Source of the DNA: Vicugna vicugna
Taxonomy: Eukaryota
Assembly: GCA_013265495.1 (NCBI GenBank)
Contig: MU058456.1
Span: 682,001-741,504 of the forward strand
Length of the DNA: 59,504 nucleotides
Reading direction: 5' to 3'
Part shown: piece after piece, positions 51,747-59,504 of the stretch
How positions within the stretch are numbered: the first letter of the stretch is position 1
How the letters are laid out: each line of letters begins with the position of its first letter
Program-made: the position numbers and the translations under genes
Notes under the pieces: model-generated
Databases searched by the model: none
What the model saw: the letters and a program-made list of their open reading frames with translations, nothing else
Told to the model about the DNA's origin: nothing

Positions 51747-54700
51747 CCGAGACCCTCTCCACAGGAACTGAAGTTATTGGTCTTCAGAGTATATAGTGTA
51801 TCAGAAAGGAAAGATTGGTTTAAGGAGAATGGAGAAAAGAGAATTCCTTCTTAAGACCTAAAGAAGAACTAGTCTGCGGGACCCCGTGACATCTTTTCCC
51901 CAAAGCATCTTTTATGTGAGGTGGAAGAGAAGACTGTGCCCCCTTTAACTGCTCCCTTACTTATTCAAAACTCCCTTTCCTATAACATAGATGGTGTTAG
52001 TCGTCACCGTTTTCTGCAAGCTAACATTTAGCTTCAATAGCATCACCATCTTGGTAGTTAGACACTGTTTTGAGTACTTCATGGCTTTTTACCATTGTTT
52101 CAGAAAGTTGACTAGAAAGCAGAGAAAGGAACATGCTGATGTCAGTGATAAGTGTCACTCTCATAAACTTAATGCAGCTGAGACCAGAGGGAAATTATTT
52201 GTCTTTCTGAAAAGGACTACTGAGTTTCAATCAGACAGTCATTGTACTTAGGCCAGTGGTGTATATATTTGACTGCGAATGAAAAGAACAAAATTAGAGA
52301 ATGGGGACAGATTTGCAATAGATCAATGAGGACTGTATGAGGAATAATGCAGAAGTTTGGATTTTAAAAATGTCCTGATTATGTATTTGACTCTTTAACA
52401 TGGTTTCAGAAACGTATGGAGCAGGGAAGTAGAAAATTGCCTTTATATGTGGATTCACTATCTTTCTGGCTTCTGATTCTCTAATGTAAGGAATTGGGAA
52501 GAAAGGAGGGTTAGTGAGCTGACTTGAGGACTGCACGTGGTAGGAGACGCTGAGATTTATAAAATTGGTGTGGCAGGAGTGAAGTTATGTGCTTGGTGTT
52601 GAGCGGGACACCCACTCCATGCAGCTGTGCAGGATAAACGAAAGTTATCCCAAAGCTCTCTTTATCCATCTTGAATTATTTTTGTTTCTCTGCACTGGCT
52701 AGCCCCTGGAGATTTCATGGAGGTCCAGATTTAAGGGAAACATGGCTCCTTAGGACTTTCTTTATCTGTAACAAAGGGAAGTCATTTTCTGTGTCTCATT
52801 TAAAAGCACAATGATGTGAGATCCTAAAAAGTATTACTTGAGGAACTTCAAAGGCAATTAATGCTATCCATTTGTATTTCCTTAAAAGTGTCTAAAATGT
52901 TATGTTTTTCCTTATTTTATTTTTATGGGGTTTTACATATTTACCAGGGCTCTGAAAATTTCACTCTTAACCTCAGTTCCCATAACTATATTTTCCCCTC
53001 AAGCTATTGATTTTATCAATTGTGGATTCCCCTTTCTTGGCATTTTTCAGGATCTTGATTCTTGTGGTGGGAGAGGAATTGTTTTAGGATAAATACCCTC
53101 TTTCCTTTATGTATATATGTATGTATGTATGTATTTTATTTGGGGGGGCAAGGCTTGGGGGGTGATGTGGTCTGTACAGGGAGCCCAGCTAACTTGTATT
53201 CAAACAGTTTTCTTTTGTTGATGAAGTGATACTTATCATTTGTAAGTGAAATAAAATTAGACATGACTTTACATTGGATTTCATTTATTAACTTCCAGTT
53301 GTTAATCTGCAGCAACCTAAAAAGTTTGAAAATTATTTGTGTTTTATTTATCCATACTCTCCCTGGCCTCTTCACCAAAAATATTCAGATCATATTGAAA
53401 GCAGTGTTGCTACCAAAAAGGCATGTGTATATTAAGATACTGTAGAAAAGGGGCAGCATCCAGTTTCTCTAGTCACCTGCCAGTGAGATTTCAACCAGTA
53501 TGGTGATCCTGTTAGATGGCATCACCAGTGTTGAAAGGACATCTTGGAAGGAGCCCTGGATCCATGTTGTCTTCAGAAAATGATGGCAACTCTGTAAAAG
53601 AGGTTAGTATGCAGCATATTTTTTCAGGGGTGGTGATGGTATACAGACTGTCTTCAAATAATAACCTAACTGGTAAGAAATGTAACACTGCCTGTCTTCC
53701 GTTTACTGTCCCTCCTGAATTGCTGTTCATAAGATCTTAATCAATAGGACTTTTTATAGTTGTGCCTGTTTGTCAGACTTCAGTTTGAATTATCGGAGAA
53801 GTTTCTGGAATTGAGTAGGTAGGAAGTCTTCATCAGGAAAAGCTCTTCCTCTCTAGTGGGAAAGTAGCCTCATCAGTTTTATAAGGGAATTCTTGGGCCT
53901 GGAGAGAGGAGTTCAACCCTAGAACTGAATATCTGGTTTTAACCTCTCGTTTCTGACTCAAATAGTAATTTCATAATTTTTCATAGGAGACTTTATTTTC
54001 ATTGTTTTCATGTGGTTGGTTAGTGTGATTTCAGAGAACTGCAGGTGACCGGGAACTCTAGGCTACCCCACAGTTTGCATATTTCAAGAAATAAGTTTGT
54101 TTTCTCATGAAAATAAAAAGGAAAAATGGAGGGGGAAAAAAGGAGGCAAAATAAACTTGTGTTGAAATTGTGCTTGTGCTTTGAATTAAATTCCTTGCAT
54201 GGCTGGTTCATATTTAAGACCAGAAATGATGAAACCTTGACCTGAAAGCCACAGTATGAACTGAATAGGCGATGAAGGCTTGCTCCACGTTGGGGTTGAT
54301 TATTAGCTATGCATGGGTCATGGGTTGACAATTAGTTCTGTTCCTTAGAGCATGTCTGCAATCTTTGATATCTACTTAAACTATGGCAATAATTTGCATA
54401 GTTTTTGTTATGATTTTTCTATTAATCTTTGATGGAGTGAAATTCGATGTTTTTCTCTCTGACACAGCATGACATTTAGTAATTCAGTCCTTTTATTTAT
54501 TCAAAGTCTGCACTTGATTAAAAGTAAATTTCAACAAAACATTGTGTTGGGGGTTCTCAAAATATTACTTAGTTGTTCTTTTGCAGCCAGTAAACATAGC
54601 TCCTCATAATTATTTCTCATCTGATAGTTTCATCTTTTAATTCTCATCTGAACAGGAATCATATTTTGAAGCTCATATACATTGGGAAGCCAGAGATTTC

Positions 54701-55477
54701 TTTGGCCTTTCAAAGCCTAATATGACTAATCCTTTGCTTATCTCAAGTTTATTATCATTTATTACTCAATTTAACCATCCATAGACTCTGTCCATATCTC
54801 TTTAATTGGGGTAAACTGAGTACTTATATTTCTGATAACTCCCTATGCCTACATTGTCCTCCATGACCCTCTTACATACTAAAATTTCTGATCAATAAAA
54901 ATATTTCAGTGATGATTGAATTTTTGTATTTTGACCACTTGAAAGTGAGATCATGAGATCTGGAATTGTGTATACTTGTATTTGAGCAAAATTTCCCCAG
55001 CCAAACCTATTTAATTATTTTTCCTGAATTTTTTAATGATCGAGCAAGTTATTTTCAAATTTTTCGGTCCCTACTTATTTCTTTCCTGATTGCATGTCAT
55101 CATCTTATTTCCACTTACTAATTAAATAGAATAATTCGCCTTTTATAAATTATTCTTGTTCTCTGATTTTTGAGGTGTTCTCATCCTAGGATCAGCTTTC
55201 TGGAATCTGTAAGCTCCCTGAAATGGTATATAAATGTCTGTGTGTGCGTGTGTTTTCTAATAGCTTTCATCTCATTCTCAAAATCCTCCTTGAGAAGGAT
55301 TATTTTGTTTTCCTCAAATGGACCTGTTCTCTACCTAAATGTTAAGCTGCTTGTGGAGAGGCACTTGGCCTCACACTTGCTCTGTGAGGAGTGCAGAACA
55401 GCAGAGTGGCAGCTTGTGGAGGATGCTGACCAGTTCAGTGCTTTCCAAACCCGTGTAGTTTGTGACCGTGCATTTAG

Positions 55478-56155
55478 AAGTGTTCTAATTTGAAGGATGT
55501 GCGAGCTCCTTTAAAAGAGAAATTGTTTCACACCCATAATGTCAACTTAAATATATTTATTTTAATGATATTTAATTATGTACAAAGGAAAAAGTCAGGT
55601 AAACCTGTATTTAACAGTTTTACCCCTACATCTAAAACAAATTAAAACAAATAGAACAAAACTGCAGAGTAACATTTAAAGTAACAATAGCAATATTACA
55701 TATTACTGATAATACTTTGCCAAAACGAACTCATTCTTAAGCAATCTTAATATACTGTTGACTGCTAAGGCACCTGCTTGCTTCATTTGTTTGTATTTTG
55801 AGTTGTCGTATTTATCATATGCAATGTGAAACCAGTTCTCCTGTGATTTTTCTAATAAAAAGCCTTCAGTGATAGATCCTTGTTGCTCCGTGATATCTTC
55901 TGGCCCTCATTTCACTTGTGTACTTGGGCCTCTGATCTTTTCTCATTAGCTCAGGGCAACTGAAAGAGTGCTACTCCGCCAACTTGACCATTAACACAAG
56001 TGGAGATGTGGCACTGGAATCATCGAGCAGTGTGAAATTAAAGGATAGTTGTTGCAAAGTATCAATGAAATGTCAACCAAAAAAATTTTTTTTACTTTAT
56101 CAAGTATTCGTATTTCCCCAAAAAAGACTTTTAGACTCCACTTTGAGGAACACTG
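55478..56155. mobile_element. Probable degenerate hAT DNA transposon
   Basis: TIR-like ends (a)agtgttc ... gaacactg; flanks gcatttag/gcatagaa match 5/8; AT-rich interior. Confidence 0.4.
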
Positions 56156-56614
56156 GCATAGAATATATAAAAGGCCAGAATTGGTGCAAATTACTGTTAA
56201 TACATTAATGGATAGAACTTGATTTATAAGTAGTCTGATTTAATATTTATACTTGAAATAGGTGAGCCCAGGTTTAATTACTCCTTGTCTTCCTGTATTT
56301 TGCAGAAATAATTATTTGGATCTAAGTTTTTTGGTTGTTTTTTGTTTGTTTGTTTGTTTTGTATTTGTCTTTGCTTGTCTCCTATTCAAAATCCAGTCTT
56401 GCTTTGAACTCTTCCACCTATTGTCAGTAAGTTAACTTAGCAGCCAAGGAGGAATCCCAAGCATGAGATAGGGAAAAATGTCTGCCAACCTGATGTTAAT
56501 GAGTTAAAAGGTGGTGGACCTCTGCGTGAGTGGAAGCATGGTGCTTTGACTTGGTGATTCCATGCTTTCTCTAAAGATTTCCCCATAAACAGTATATTTG
56601 AGAGCAGTAACTAC

Positions 56615-56805
56615 TAGAGTTAAGATCATATGCTTTTTTTCAGGAGGTAAGTTTCTCTTCCAGCCTAGTCCTGCCACTCACAGCTGTGTGACTTAGCCTC
56701 ATTTAAAATGGGAAAGATAGAAATAGGATCTTTATGAGGGTTTAGTGAGATGGTGCCTCAAAAATGCTCTGTATGGTGCTTGGCACATGCTAGGCACCAA
56801 GGAAC
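56615..56805 (+). mobile_element. MIR
   Basis: ctgccactcacagctgtgtgact...taaaatggg...gtgagatgg...gtgcttggcacatgctaggcac. Confidence 0.7.
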
Positions 56806-57264
56806 GTGTGCTGACACCTGACAGTACTACTAGTATGAGAAGGAAGGTATTCAGAGGATCTGATTTTTTGTTCCTTTTATGTGCAGAGTGCACAAGTAAG
56901 GGTCTGAGAAGGAGCTTCCCCGTTTCTCAGCTTAGTTGTTGGATGTTGACACTGTGCAGCGTTCTTGGTGTAGGTGTTGGTGGACTCTTATTGTTATTAG
57001 CTCTTTTATCAGAGGAAGTACTGACTTCCAAGGTGCCTGCGGAGCAGATCGTATTGTAACTTTGCAACCTCCTTGCTACCCACAGAAACTGTCCTTCTGC
57101 CCTTTTCCAACCTAGTTATCCATCAACTCCTTTACTTTATCTGAGCCATCTTTCCTGTTCTGGGACACTCCACGAGGAGCTCTGCTAGCTTCTTACTTAG
57201 TGCAACACACAATACTGGTGTAGCCATAGCTGCATGCGCCGCCCTTGCTCCAGCTTTGTGCTCC

Positions 57265-57425
57265 ATGGTGCCAGGTGCTTCGCCATACACTATTTTTTCC
57301 CTCAGTCAGTCCTTAATTTCGGAGGCTAGGTGTATTGTCTCCATTTAACTGATGTGAAAACCAAGGCCCAGAAAGATTATTAACTTGCCTAGAGCCTCAT
57401 TGTTGGCCACTGATAGAGGGTTAAA
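57265..57425 (-). mobile_element. MIR
   Basis: tattgtctccatttaactgatgtgaaaaccaaggcccagaaagattattaacttgcctaga. Confidence 0.6.
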
Positions 57426-57884
57426 ACTCCGGTCGCCACCTCTTCTTTGACTTCTCTATTTATTTCTTGTCATTCTGTTATTCCCACCTTAAATGAAGAA
57501 AGTGCTAGAGGGTCTTGCATTTGGGATGAATTATATCAATGGGGACTTCTTTATAACAGCATAAATTTAAATCCTGTCTTAACCACTTCATAGATACACA
57601 ATCTTGGTCAAGCTAATTAGAACATCTCTGGTACTCAGTTTCTTCTGCTGTACAATGGACATGGTTATGACACTCGAATCATGGGTTATTATAAAGATTA
57701 AAGTAAATAATATTTGGTGATATTTTTGTGCTGCATAAATGAAATTTATTTTTATTACATTGTCATGTCTTTTAATTACATGCATATTAATGGGCCTACA
57801 TTTTTTGTGGACTATTTTTATTATTTTGTTCCTCTCAAATTCTTTTTTTTCTTTATGAGAGATGTTTTACTTTTTTTCTTTTAT

Positions 57885-59504
57885 AGTTTCCTTAAGATAT
57901 AATCAATATACAGCACTATGTAAATTTAAGGTGTACAGCACAATGATTTGCATTATATACATCGTGAAATAATTGCCACAATAATTTTGTTGAATATTTA
58001 TTATTTTATAGCTAGAAGTTTATACCTTTTGGCTACTTCTATCCAGTTCTCCCTTCCTCCCACCCCGCCCTACCCCTGGTCTGGTAACTAAATACCTAAT
58101 CCTTTTTTCTGTGAGTTTGTTTTTGAAGTATAATTGACCTCCCAGAGTATATTAGTTTCTGGTGTACAACATAGTGATTTCAAACATTTCAAAATGATGA
58201 CCATGATGTCTGGTTACCATCTGTCACCTTATAAAGATGTGACATTATTATTGACTGTATTTCCCACACTGTACATTTCATACCCCAGACTCATTTATTT
58301 TGTAACTAGAAGTTTGGACCCCTTAATCTCCCTGACCTATTTCTCTCTCTCCTACCCCAACAACCACTTGTTTGTTCTCTATGACTGTTCTGTTTTGTTA
58401 TGTTTATTCATCTGTTTTTTAGATTTCACATAGAAGTGAACTCATACAATATTTATCTTTCTCTTGTTTGATTTATTTTGCTTACCATAATACACTCTAG
58501 ATCCATCCATTTTATTGCAAATGGCAAGATTTCATTCTTTTTTATTGCTGAGTGGTATTCCATTGTGTATATATACCACAATTTCTTTATCCTTGGGCAC
58601 TTTATCAATGGGCACTTAGGTTACTTTCAGGTTTTGATTATTGTAAATAATGCTACAGTGAACATAGGGATGCATGTGTTTTTCCAAATTAGTTTTTTCA
58701 TTTTCCTTTGATAAATACCCTGGAGTAAATTTGCTGGATCATATAAGAGTTATTTTTTTAATTTTCTGAGGAATCTTCACACTGTTTTCCATAGCAGCTG
58801 CACTACTTTACGTTCTCACCAATAATGTACAACGTTTCTCTCTCTCCACATCCTCACCAAAACTTGTTGTTTGTTGTCTTTTTGATAATAGCCATTTTGA
58901 CAGATGTGAGGTGATACCTCATTGTTGTTTGGTTTGCATTCCCCAATGATTAGTGATGTTGAGCATATTTTTACTGTGCTTGTTAGCCATCTGTATGTCT
59001 TTGGAAAATATTGATTCGGGTCCTCTACCCAGTTTTTAATATGGTTGTTTGGCTTTTGTTTGTTTTGTTTTATTTTTTTGATGTTGTATGAGTTCTTTGT
59101 ATGTTTCTGGATATTAACCTGTATTGGATATGTCATTTGTAAGTATCTTCTCCCATTCAGTAGGCAGCCTTTTCATTTTGTTGATGGTTTTCTTTGCTGT
59201 GCAAAAGCTTTTTGGTTTGAGCTGTCCCATTTTTTGGTTATGTTTGCTTTTGTTTCCCTGGCCTGAGGAGGCATGTTCAAAAAATATTGTTAAAAAGCAT
59301 ATTGCCTATGTTTTATTCTAGAAATTTTATGGTTTCAGGTCTTATATTTATGTCTTTAATCCATTTTGAGTTCATTTTTGTGTGTGGTTTGAGAAAGTAG
59401 TCCAGTTTCTTTTGCATATAGCTGTCAAGTTTTCCCAACATTGTTTATTGAAGAGATTATCTTTTCTCCATTGTATATTCTTGTCTCCTTTGTTGTAGAT
59501 TAAT
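57885..59504 (-). mobile_element. L1 (L1MA9-like) 3'UTR and ORF2 end, running off the window
   Basis: aagatataatcaatatacagcactatgtaaatttaaggtgtacagc...gctgagtggtattccattg...gctgtgcaaaagcttttt...ccattgtatattcttg; degenerate ORF2 text on the minus strand. Confidence 0.9.

Larger units (their letters stand above)
1..59504 (+). other. MAST4: Intronic region of MAST4 (microtubule-associated Ser/Thr kinase 4), N-terminal part; gene extends beyond both ends
   Basis: 32-nt exon encoding KELSLPRRGS plus downstream 36-nt exon LIDSQKWNCLVKR, which I recall from MAST4 isoforms. Most L1 and all vic-1 copies are antisense to +, as expected inside a + strand gene. MAST2 shares the KELSLPRRGSF peptide, so paralog assignment rests on recall. 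Confidence 0.85.

Noticed and set aside
52410..52485. Exon-like segment tttcag|...|gtaagg
   Set aside because: 76 nt, weak pyrimidine tract, stop in the incoming frame and no recognisable peptide; at most an unsupported poison exon.
56533..56568. Inverted repeat AAGCATGG...CCATGCTT as a pre-miRNA
   Set aside because: Only an 8-bp stem with an unpaired interior, too short.
1..59504. Prokaryote-type systems (CRISPR, operons, defence loci) or an intact retroelement
   Set aside because: The sequence is mammalian intron; there are no spaced repeat arrays, and all L1/ERV copies are truncated or solo LTRs.

Overview
Mammalian intronic DNA, most likely camelid: three copies of a tRNA-derived SINE match the camelid vic-1 family as I recall it. 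The window appears to lie inside the 5' part of the kinase gene MAST4 on the + strand. Three small exons can be supported. The 32-nt exon KELSLPRRGS(F/L) at 25945-25976 is the MAST-family exon preceding CRTSNRKS. A frame-preserving 75-nt cassette candidate lies at 561-635. A frame-preserving 36-nt cassette (L)IDSQKWNCLVK(R) lies at 39522-39557. Everything else is intron: young and ancient L1, L2, MIR, vic-1 SINEs, MaLR/ERV LTRs and hAT DNA transposons. None of the supplied long ORFs looks like a real gene apart from L1 ORF2 remnants. The best observations are: (1) the 36-nt exon is carved out of an antisense ancient L1, an exonisation checkable against L1 copies in this window; (2) the 75-nt exon has a dense NOVA-type YCAY cluster and a 104-nt AG-free zone upstream, and tandem RBFOX motifs downstream; (3) two twin-primed (5'-inverted) L1s and a SINE/solo-LTR junction. 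I see no evidence of a wholly new biological system. Gene and repeat family names come from recall, not database searches, and repeat boundaries are approximate unless a TSD is cited.
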